From the NCBI GenBank assembly GCA_017744315.1, contig JAGIBN010000013.1, positions 27,095-91,094 of the forward strand: DNA of 64,000 nt. The letters are read 5' to 3'. The number at the start of each line of letters is the position of its first letter. The first letter of the stretch is position 1. A program made the position numbers and the translations under genes. Under the pieces are notes generated by a model. That model saw only the letters and a program-made list of their open reading frames with translations. It did no database searches and was not told the DNA's origin. Positions 56,517-64,000 of the stretch are shown piece by piece. This DNA is from Porphyrobacter sp. (lineage in GTDB: Bacteria > Pseudomonadota > Alphaproteobacteria > Sphingomonadales > Sphingomonadaceae).

Positions 56517-57397
56517 CCCAGCGCTTTCGTCATTTTACCGCGATTGACTGGTCGGGCGCAGCGGGTGAGCGACACCGCGGGATTGCGCTGGCAAGTTGCT
56601 CGATCGGCCAAGACGCGCCCGAGTTGGTCAGGCCCGACCACTCTTGGTCCCGGCCGGACGTCATGCGATGGCTAACCGAGGAGCTACCTGAGAACAGCCT
56701 CGTCGGCCTCGATCTCGGGATTTCTCTGCCGTTCGAGGACTGCGGAGCGTTCTTCCCCGGCTGGGGACAAAGTCCCCGATCCGCGCGCGAACTCTGGGAG
56801 TTTGTAGACCGACTTTGCCAAGACGATCCGCACCTGGGCGCGACGAGCTTTGTCGAGCACGACGTGGCGAACCGCTACTTCCGCCGCCACGGAGGACGGG
56901 AAGGAGAGCATTTTCATCACTCGGCCACCACTCATCGCCGCGGGCGCTTCCGCGTCACCGAGCAGGCTCAGGAGCGGATGGGCTGCAAGCCCTACAGCAA
57001 CTTCAACCTCGTCGGCGCAGCGCAAGTCGGCAAGTCGAGCTTGACTGGCATGCGGCTGCTCCACCGGTTGGAGGGCCGCTTGCCAGTCTGGCCGATCGAT
57101 CCGCTCCCCCCTTCAGGCTCAGTTGTGGTCGAAATCTACACCGCCATAGCCGCACTTGCCGCCGGACGCCGCGCTGGCGCCTCAAAGATCCGCGACCGAG
57201 CGGCGCTCAACCAAGCCCTCACTGCTCTCGGAAGCCAGCCCTGGCGCCAGCGCCTGCCACTCGACGACCACAAGGCCGATGCCTTGATCACGTCTGCCTG
57301 GCTGCGAGCTAACGCAGATCGACCCGAGCTTTGGGAGCCCGAGAGCCTCTCTCCGCAGATTGCACGCACCGAAGGCTGGACCTTCGGCGTCGCTTGA
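56513..57397 (+). CDS. DUF429-like RNase H-fold hypothetical protein
   Basis: AIDWSGA, VGLDL, VEIY, DHKADA, EGW; GTGA coupling. Confidence 0.6.
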   Translation: MTQRFRHFTAIDWSGAAGERHRGIALASCSIGQDAPELVRPDHSWSRPDVMRWLTEELPENSLVGLDLGISLPFEDCGAFFPGWGQSPRSARELWEFVDRLCQDDPHLGATSFVEHDVANRYFRRHGGREGEHFHHSATTHRRGRFRVTEQAQERMGCKPYSNFNLVGAAQVGKSSLTGMRLLHRLEGRLPVWPIDPLPPSGSVVVEIYTAIAALAAGRRAGASKIRDRAALNQALTALGSQPWRQRLPLDDHKADALITSAWLRANADRPELWEPESLSPQIARTEGWTFGVA

Positions 57398-57415
57398 AGC
57401 AAAGGCACTTCCGGC

Positions 57416-57491
<76 letters not shown>

Positions 57492-57556
57492 TAAAAACAA
57501 ATGCTTAGCCGTTACCTGACAGGGCTGAAGGTAACGCATAGGAAACAGGGTGGGGT

Positions 57557-58312
57557 ATGACCGCAGTGACACTGAGGGCTGACTGCCCCCGATGTGGTAC
57601 GGACCGAATTACGTTCGATCTCGCGGGGTTCAACGAAATCGAAAGAGGGAACCCTGCCTGGATACGCCGATTCGAAGTCTTTTCGGTTTGCCGGCATTGC
57701 AAGCAGGGCACCACGTTCGTGTTGCGCTTGGGCTCATATGAATTTCGGGACATCGTCGCAGACGAAAAGTACTGGCGCGGGAGTAGCCACCTAAATGATG
57801 CCTTCGAGATCCGAGGCTATGTGTCCACTAAGGATCGCGTGACTAACGAGCCGCCGGAGCACGTCCCCAATGATATCGCAAAAATCTATCGCGAAGGCGC
57901 GGTCTGCGCTTCCGTAGAATGCTACAATGCGTCCGCGACGATGTTCCGCCTCTGCGTTGATTTGGTAACCAAGCCGCTTCTACCCGAGCAGGGCGAAACT
58001 TCGGTCGACCAGCCAAATGGTCACCAGCGCCGAAATTTGAAGCCCCGAATAGAGTGGTTGTTAGAGCAAGGTAAGCTACCACGGGAACTTTCCGAACTTC
58101 TCGACAATCTTCGCGAAGATGGCAATGACGGAGCGCACGAAGGGACGTTGGGCGCGGCGGATGTCGATGATATTGCCGACTTCACAAACCTTCTTCTGCA
58201 GCGTCTCTATACCGATCCGGCACGCTTGAAATTGGCGACCGAACGAAGAGGGCAGCGACGGGCAGTCGCTCTTAACGACCAAGCGGCAGCAAAACCCGCC
58301 GCCAAACCCTAG
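57557..58312 (+). CDS. DUF4145 (HEPN-like) protein with N-terminal zinc ribbon
   Basis: CPRC...CRHC; IYREG...ASATMFRLCVD; LREDGNDGAH. Confidence 0.82.
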   Translation: MTAVTLRADCPRCGTDRITFDLAGFNEIERGNPAWIRRFEVFSVCRHCKQGTTFVLRLGSYEFRDIVADEKYWRGSSHLNDAFEIRGYVSTKDRVTNEPPEHVPNDIAKIYREGAVCASVECYNASATMFRLCVDLVTKPLLPEQGETSVDQPNGHQRRNLKPRIEWLLEQGKLPRELSELLDNLREDGNDGAHEGTLGAADVDDIADFTNLLLQRLYTDPARLKLATERRGQRRAVALNDQAAAKPAAKP

Positions 58313-58605
58313 TTGGACGTCCGGCTGACTACCTCTCCCGCGGCCCAGTGCACGATGGTTCTGCCTGATCGAGGTTAAGGCTGTCGTTTCTGCGTAGGCT
58401 ATAGCCAAGTCGGGCGCGTCGCCCTGTTGGAGCGACCCGTGCGGCGCGCCTACCATCGTTCATAGGCCCCAGGCGTTCGCCCTGAGCGCCAAGTTGCGCA
58501 GATCAATCATCTCGATCGGCCGCCCACATCCTTCTTCGTCCCCGCCTCGACTAGGCGCAGCTCCGTGGATTAGGACGCTCGGCAGGGAATCAATTGGGGG
58601 ATTCA

Positions 58606-59001
58606 ATGAAACGCTTCGCAATAACTTTCGCCGCCCTTTCGCTTGCCGCCACTGCGCACGCGCAAAACATCGCTCCGGCCGCGCCTGCACCAGCACCGAC
58701 GTATGCTGCTGTAATCGCGATGGATGTGCCTGTAGTCGCGGGTGACATTACCGATCGGCCTTATCGCGTGGTCGGAGACATCACTGCCGAAGTTCGCCGA
58801 GCGACGGTCTTCAGTAAGAATGCCTCAGAGGCGAAGGTTTACCGCGAGCTTTGGGAACGCGCCGAAAAGCTGGGCGCCGACGCCGTCGTCAACGCCAGCT
58901 ATGGTGACGCAAGAGTGGTCGCACTTAGCTGGGGCTCCCGTCGTGCCACTGGCCAAGCTATAAAATTCCTGACCGATGCAGAGATCGCAGCTCGCCGATA
59001 G
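58606..59001 (+). CDS. Exported YbjQ/RcsF-like small protein
   Basis: Signal peptide AHA; RPYRVVGDI...ERAEKLGADAVV. Confidence 0.65.
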   Translation: MKRFAITFAALSLAATAHAQNIAPAAPAPAPTYAAVIAMDVPVVAGDITDRPYRVVGDITAEVRRATVFSKNASEAKVYRELWERAEKLGADAVVNASYGDARVVALSWGSRRATGQAIKFLTDAEIAARR

Positions 59002-59011
59002 AGGCCGTTAA

Positions 59012-59045
59012 GTGCGTCGGACCAAGGGGGCCCGGTCCGACGCAC
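59012..59045. terminator. Hairpin between convergent genes
   Basis: GTGCGTCGGACC-N10-GGTCCGACGCAC perfect 12-bp stem. Confidence 0.6.
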
Positions 59046-59094
59046 CCGAATGCAGAAGCTTCAGAAGTTGATGCCGTTCCCACACGTCAGGCGT

Positions 59095-59451
59095 TCAACG
59101 GCCTTTCCAGCCAGGTCCTGCGGAGTGGCCTAGATCGACGCGAGGCTCTGACCCCGCTCGTTTCGCCGGCGAGGTGTAAACACCAAGCGATATCCCATCA
59201 GCCAATTCCAGTTCGGGGAACGCGGCGACAAAGCGCTGGGCGTCGGCGAGGGTGCGGAAGTAGTAAGCCGTCGCTTGGGTGCAGAGCGCCTGAGCGGGTC
59301 CCCAAGCCCAGGCGAGGTGATCGAGTTCCGCCTTCAGCCAAGCGTGGATCTCAGAGGAGTTGCGGAGCCCACCAGTGGGGACCGCAAATTTCACGCGGAT
59401 CGGGTACGCCAAATCGTCGATTTTGAACTGAGGTGTGGAGCGCCTGGCCAT
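59095..59451 (-). CDS. Hypothetical protein preceded by an SOS box
   Basis: 118 aa ORF MARRSTPQFKIDDLAYPIRVKF...YFRTLADAQRFVAAFPELELADG. Confidence 0.7.
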   Translation of the reverse strand: MARRSTPQFKIDDLAYPIRVKFAVPTGGLRNSSEIHAWLKAELDHLAWAWGPAQALCTQATAYYFRTLADAQRFVAAFPELELADGISLGVYTSPAKRAGSEPRVDLGHSAGPGWKGR

Positions 59452-59493
59452 CCGCCCTGATGGTCGCGGGCGAAGAGTCGGGTCAAGCGGGTT

Positions 59494-59508
59494 GTTCTAT
59501 GTTCGTTC
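59494..59508 (-). promoter_or_regulatory. Alphaproteobacterial LexA box
   Basis: GTTC-TATGTTC-GTTC = GTTC-N7-GTTC, 43 bp upstream of the 59451 start, next to a TTGACC -35-like hexamer. Confidence 0.75.
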
Positions 59509-59820
59509 CCTTCACATGACTCTCGACGAGCGAGACGATCTCGGCCCACGTCCCATGTCGCGACAGGAGCCCGAGCTACTGGCTTCCCCGCTCTAACGTG
59601 CGACGGTGGGTGCTTGCGGGATACGCGCGAGTAACGCATGCTCGGCTAGGGGAATGGGAGGGGTGAATCCAAGTGCATAATATGCAGACCGCGACCGATG
59701 GTTGCGCTTGGTGGAGTTGGCCTGGCTGATGGAAATCGGCCTTGGTCAACGTACGAGTGCTTCGCTCGCACCGTCATCAATGTACTTCAACCCCTTGTTT
59801 ACCACCGCTGGTCTACAAAT

Positions 59821-60369
59821 ATGTTGACATGGCCCGATCTTGAAGCGCTAGTACAAGCCGGGCAGCTCAAGCTTTGGGACCCGCGGAGAAATGGAAAAGT
59901 ACTGCCAAATGGCCGCGCGCTCTACATGGTTCCGGCCGTATTTGATGCGATCCTCCAGAAGCCCTGGCCAGGTACCATGCCGGGCGAACGCGCAGATCGC
60001 GTACGAGACCGGCGGTTGGCCATGCGCCAAGTACTTGAGCGCTACGTGCTCGGCGGCTTGCTGAATCTTGAGAGGGACATCGCCGAGCTCGGATCGAAGA
60101 TCCGCCGCCCAGCCCACCGGGGATTTTGGGAATTTCGGTCTCAAGGTCCATCGACGGAAACGCGTCTGTTCGGCTTTTTTGCTCGCCCGGGCGCGTTTGT
60201 TGCAACCGAGTTTGCGTCCCGTGATGTGGTGGATTTTCGCGTGCGTTTCGAGTCCTCCACCGAAATTTGGAAGAATCTGGCCGGCGGGCGAGCCTGCATG
60301 ATGAGTCCATATCCGGTCGAGAAACCTGAACATTTGACGAAGTATATTGATAGGGACGATGATGTCTAA
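59821..60369 (+). CDS. Putative RelE/HigB-like toxin
   Basis: GFWEFRSQGPSTETRLFGFF resembles the WEfR...R(l)F strand motif of RelE-fold toxins; precedes an HTH gene. Confidence 0.5.
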   Translation: MLTWPDLEALVQAGQLKLWDPRRNGKVLPNGRALYMVPAVFDAILQKPWPGTMPGERADRVRDRRLAMRQVLERYVLGGLLNLERDIAELGSKIRRPAHRGFWEFRSQGPSTETRLFGFFARPGAFVATEFASRDVVDFRVRFESSTEIWKNLAGGRACMMSPYPVEKPEHLTKYIDRDDDV

Positions 60370-60847
60370 GCAGGGTCAAAAGATCGCCGATTTGCCGCCT
60401 CTTGATGAGGACGACCGCGACGATGCGTGTTTTCGCGCCCAGGACCGAGCCTGGTCGACACTTGCTCGCCTATTCGATCACTATAGCAGGGAGGAGGGAC
60501 TGACCTACGAAGCCCTCGGTAAGCGCATCAAGCGATCGAAATCCCAGGTGCAGCGCTGGCTTAGTTCTTCGTTCAACATGAATCTCAAGTCTCTTGGCCT
60601 TCTCGCGGAAGGCCTCGACGCCGACTTGGTTATTGAGGTTCATGCACGTGTCGGCACAAATGAACGAAGCAACTATTGTCATCCTCAGGAAGCGGCACAA
60701 ACTCTCCTTGCCCAAAGAGAGTTCGCGATGGCTGCCACCAATCCGCCTGCGTTCCTGATTCACGACGACGTCACGCAAGTCACTATTTCAAGGCCGACTT
60801 CAATCCGGGTGCGCGAGATGCAGGTGCACGCTTATGCCGATGCTTAG
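60359..60847 (+). CDS. XRE-type HTH protein with C-terminal extension (putative antitoxin)
   Basis: GLTYEALGKRIKRSKSQVQRWLS..NMNLKSLGLLAEGLD; overlaps the upstream stop. Confidence 0.75.
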   Translation: MMSKQGQKIADLPPLDEDDRDDACFRAQDRAWSTLARLFDHYSREEGLTYEALGKRIKRSKSQVQRWLSSSFNMNLKSLGLLAEGLDADLVIEVHARVGTNERSNYCHPQEAAQTLLAQREFAMAATNPPAFLIHDDVTQVTISRPTSIRVREMQVHAYADA

Positions 60848-61247
60848 ACGGCCCAAGGTTACCAATGTCGTTTTGTGCGACGACATACGCACCGAGAGAA
60901 ACAACAAGCTGATAATGGTGGGCGTTTACACAGCTGATCTTCTCGTGCCGAAATTTCCTGCGAACATGAGGTTGGCGCTCTATTTCACCGTGCAAGGTGC
61001 GCCGGCCGGACAGCATGAGTTTGAAGTCCGTATAATTGCTACCGGCAGCAACAGCGGCATCTCTGGGACCGTAGATGTCGCAAATCCTCAAGATCCGATA
61101 ATTGTGGTTACCCCACCGGTACCCGTGGTCTTTCCCAAGGCAGGCAAGCTGAAGGTTGATTTCAAAATCGGCGACAGTGGCTGGCTTAAGGTTGTGACCA
61201 AAGAAGTGAGCGAGGGCGCTCCGCCCGGCTGGGAAAATTTGGAATGA
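60834..61247 (+). CDS. DUF6941-like beta-rich protein
   Basis: VVLCDDIRTERNNKLIMVGVY and FPKAGKLKV motifs (recalled family pattern); overlaps the HTH stop. Confidence 0.65.
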   Translation: MPMLRRPKVTNVVLCDDIRTERNNKLIMVGVYTADLLVPKFPANMRLALYFTVQGAPAGQHEFEVRIIATGSNSGISGTVDVANPQDPIIVVTPPVPVVFPKAGKLKVDFKIGDSGWLKVVTKEVSEGAPPGWENLE

Positions 61248-61533
61248 CCAAAGAACGAGGATAGCCTGGCTGTCAAACTCGCGAGACTGATCTTTGTCAG
61301 GTTCGGCCCGCGAGGCGTCGGACCCAAGGATCGATGGTTCTGTTTACTGACATCAGCTCGGGATACGGCCGGCACAGCAGCGCAGCATCGTCTGGTGCAC
61401 CATCGAGCCAGTCGGAACATGCTGAAAGTCAGTCCAGAAAGAGTCAACTGCGTCTAAAGCTGCGACCGAATTGCCAAGTAGACTCAAGGCTGCATTTCGA
61501 GAAGAAAGCGGGTTGGGGAAATGGGGGGTTCAG

Positions 61534-61908
61534 ATGAGATTGTTTTTAATCGTTGCTGCGGTTGCATTAGCCGCTAGTTCCGGTGCGAACGCTCAACGCA
61601 CTGCGTGGCGAAATTCGACCCCTTACACCGGCCAATGGATCGCAGACATTTGCGGGTCTGAGCAGGTCGAAGACACTCTGGCTTGTTACTCCTTCTTGAA
61701 AGGTCTCATCGATGGCCTTTCCCTTTCCCAGGCAGTCTTTGATAACCAATCTTTGATCTGCCCGCCGGACAATGTGACGCTCGAACAGGAGCGCCGCGTC
61801 GTTGCCAAGTATGGTCGCGATAATCCCGGAGAATTGCATCTGATGGCGGCAATGCTGGTGGTAAATGCTATCCAAACAACTTGGCCTTGTGAGGCAAAGC
61901 GCGACTAA
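61534..61908 (+). CDS. Rap1a/Tai-family immunity-like exported protein
   Basis: Signal peptide; TG....C...CYSFLKGLIDG...ICPP..VT.EQ...VV.KY...NP...WPC. Confidence 0.75.
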   Translation: MRLFLIVAAVALAASSGANAQRTAWRNSTPYTGQWIADICGSEQVEDTLACYSFLKGLIDGLSLSQAVFDNQSLICPPDNVTLEQERRVVAKYGRDNPGELHLMAAMLVVNAIQTTWPCEAKRD

Positions 61909-61948
61909 GCGTTACGTTGCGCTAGATCTCCGGGTTGCGAGGGTATTC

Positions 61949-62158
61949 TTAATTCCTCATCGCGAAAGGCCGGGTCCGAAGGGTCACCGCCAACCCACGC
62001 AAGTTCGCAGCCAGCACCCTATTGCCGCTGGCGTCGAACCGCAGGATCTGATCCGCCAATTCGTCCTGATTGAGTGAACCGGACTGCTCCAACAACTCGG
62101 CCATCGCATAGAACGCAAGGTTAAGCGCCTGCCAAACAGCGTCTGAATCACCCGCCAT
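61949..62158 (-). CDS. Small hypothetical protein coupled to the tape-measure gene
   Basis: MAGDSDAVWQALNLAF...; TAATG overlap and GGAG RBS. Confidence 0.55.
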   Translation of the reverse strand: MAGDSDAVWQALNLAFYAMAELLEQSGSLNQDELADQILRFDASGNRVLAANLRGLAVTLRTRPFAMRN

Positions 62159-64000
62159 TACAGTCTCCTGGAGGCCCGGTGGTTCATCAGAGCGACACCT
62201 CCCCGGGCGCCGCCTTCCGTCGCAATTACTACGCCCTCGGCTACCCATTGCCTTACGGTGCTGGTGAGTACCGCATCCTGCGCATTGATGTTGACGGTTA
62301 TGTTGCCCCGACCGGGGCCTGTCCCGTTGGGATAGACGCGACTTCCGCGAGGAAGGTCGACCAACTCAGGGCCCCGCTCGCCGACGATCGCGAGACCGCC
62401 GGGCGCAAAGCTTGTCCCGTTCGCGAAGCCAGGAACCTTGTTTAGCTTTGCGGCGAAGTCCTTCCCGAAAAGGCCTGAGCTACCGAGCTGCAACCCGAGA
62501 CCGATCACGCCTTCCAGGATATCGAGGAATCCACCGCCTTTGATTGCGCTGGTGAGACGCCCCAGCGACTGCAGAGAGGCGTCGGCCATGTCCGCGAAGG
62601 ACTTGGCGATCTTCACGGTGTGGACCATGGTCCGATCGGTCAGGCGTTCGAGCGCGTCATCGAGATCACTCATCCCGGAGGCGAGCGGTCCCTGTTCATC
62701 CGTCCATGACGGCTTGCCTGGCCCACCGCTCCCAAAGGGACTGCCGCTGCTGTACCGGTTCCAAAGCCGGGAGACTGCGGCATCCTCCTCGCCATCGGAA
62801 AGCTTGAGTGCCTCAATCTCCTTCAGATCCTTGTTGAACTGCGAGGCCTTGCCAATCTCCGGAAAAAGGCTGTCGAGCAGATTGCGGGTGCTCTCGGCCA
62901 TGTTGCGAAAGGCCAGCTCTGACTTGGTCGTGGCGGCCGTTACAGGCTTGACCATCACTGCGTCTAGGCGGGCCATTTCGGTGGCGATGCCGTCGACCAT
63001 GTCTGGAACGTAACTGTGTCCGACAACAGCGTCGTAGAGATTGAAGAACGCCTGCTTCACCACGTTGATACGGGCTAGAACTCCGTCCCAGACCGCGTTC
63101 AGCTTACCGTTCACCCATCCCGAAATGCCGGCTACCATGTTACCGACCCAGTTCACGACCGAGGTCCCGATCGAGGCCACGGAATCTCGGAACGCTGTGA
63201 GATCGCGGACGGCGATGGTGCCGAACACGCTGGCCATGTTCTTGGCGTGCTGGGCGACGTTATCGAGTTCGACGGCGAAGCTGATGAAGCCGACCTTAGT
63301 CTCTTCCCACGCGGTGTTGAACTTGACGAGAGACTCCGCATTAGCCGCCAGGAGGCTTTGCAGCCGGGCATCCGACTTCTTCTCGATTGCGGTGAGGGCA
63401 TCGGAAGCTTTGTCGGCGCGAGCGATCTCGTCCTCGGTGAGAATGATCCCAGCTTCGTGGGCATCCTTGACCATCTGCTGAATGTTCTGGCTACCCTCGG
63501 CGAGCAGCGGAAGCAGGGTCTGAAACGAACGGCCCATGAGATCGAAACCCACCGCCGAGCGTGCGGCGGCATCCGGAAGCTTGTTGAACGCGTCGGAGAG
63601 CACAACGAGCGCCTGTGAGGCGTCCAGGCCCTTCAGGTTCTTTGCGGTAAGGCCCAGTTGCTTCAGCGCCTCGTTGGGGCCTTTAGCGCCCTGCTGAATC
63701 TCGCCGAGCGTTCGGGTCAGGCGTTGCAGCGCCTTGTCCATCTCGCCTTCTTCGATGCCGGTTTGGCCCGCCACGTAGCGAAACTCTTGCAAGGCATCGG
63801 TTGTCACGCCCAGCTGCTGAGCCACTTCCCCCAGCCCGCCGACGGCGTCGACAGCTTCCCGGGTCATGTCTCGCAGGGCATTGAAGGCCTGAACCGAGAC
63901 CATTCCGGCAAACGCTGACCCGATGGCCGCTCCGGCCTTCGAGATGCCTGCCTGAAGCCCACGAACCTCTTTTTGGGCGGCTCTGCTACCCTTCTCGAAC
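62158..64000 (-). CDS. Phage tail tape measure protein (5' end beyond window)
   Basis: Ala/Gly-rich helical; LGVTTDALQEFRY, VVGHSYVPDMVDGI, GFANGTSFAPGGLAIVGERGPELV; frame open to the window edge. Confidence 0.9.
   Translation of the reverse strand, partial: FEKGSRAAQKEVRGLQAGISKAGAAIGSAFAGMVSVQAFNALRDMTREAVDAVGGLGEVAQQLGVTTDALQEFRYVAGQTGIEEGEMDKALQRLTRTLGEIQQGAKGPNEALKQLGLTAKNLKGLDASQALVVLSDAFNKLPDAAARSAVGFDLMGRSFQTLLPLLAEGSQNIQQMVKDAHEAGIILTEDEIARADKASDALTAIEKKSDARLQSLLAANAESLVKFNTAWEETKVGFISFAVELDNVAQHAKNMASVFGTIAVRDLTAFRDSVASIGTSVVNWVGNMVAGISGWVNGKLNAVWDGVLARINVVKQAFFNLYDAVVGHSYVPDMVDGIATEMARLDAVMVKPVTAATTKSELAFRNMAESTRNLLDSLFPEIGKASQFNKDLKEIEALKLSDGEEDAAVSRLWNRYSSGSPFGSGGPGKPSWTDEQGPLASGMSDLDDALERLTDRTMVHTVKIAKSFADMADASLQSLGRLTSAIKGGGFLDILEGVIGLGLQLGSSGLFGKDFAAKLNKVPGFANGTSFAPGGLAIVGERGPELVDLPRGSRVYPNGTGPGRGNITVNINAQDAVLTSTVRQWVAEGVVIATEGGARGGVALMNHRASRRL

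Larger units (their letters stand above)
57492..64000. mobile_element. Prophage-like element next to tRNA-Thr (continues beyond window)
   Basis: Switch to accessory genes right after the tRNA and a tape-measure gene at the edge; second att and integrase not visible. Confidence 0.7.

Noticed and set aside
57501-57535. GTTACC...GGTAAC inverted repeat after tRNA-Thr as integrase arm sites
   Set aside because: Only 6-bp arms; cannot be supported without the other att end.

Overview
GC-rich alphaproteobacterial chromosome segment. crtZ, several TonB-dependent receptors and the gene order suggest Sphingomonadales/Erythrobacteraceae (inference). Core genes: rnk, pspF with an unusually expanded sigma-54 psp operon (unlisted leader ORF, pspA, pspB, pspC, seven PspB/PspC-tail paralogues, sufE), crtZ, leuC and leuD split by an inserted block, zeta-ATPase inhibitor/bolA/grxD, an MscS channel, recF, a TesA-ABC cluster and rarA. 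A ~21 kb island lies between tRNA-Arg(TCT) (42320-42396, minus) and an exact 51-bp copy of its 3' end (21141-21191). It has no integrase and carries a quinate/shikimate utilisation cluster, an ECF-sigma/vWA/TPR module bracketed by a family of short imperfect-palindrome repeats, and a deletion scar joining two truncated genes. After tRNA-Thr(TGT) (57416-57491) a prophage-like element begins with accessory cargo (DUF4145/HEPN-like, a LexA-boxed gene, a three-gene toxin/HTH/DUF6941-like operon, Rap1a-like immunity) and a tape-measure gene cut by the window edge. Best novelty candidates: the repeat-delimited cassettes, the tripartite TA-like operon, the psp paralogue array with its twin sigma-54 leader peptides, and TonB-box-like motifs in the ECF-linked vWA and TPR proteins. 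All family assignments are by eye from motifs; no database searches were run.
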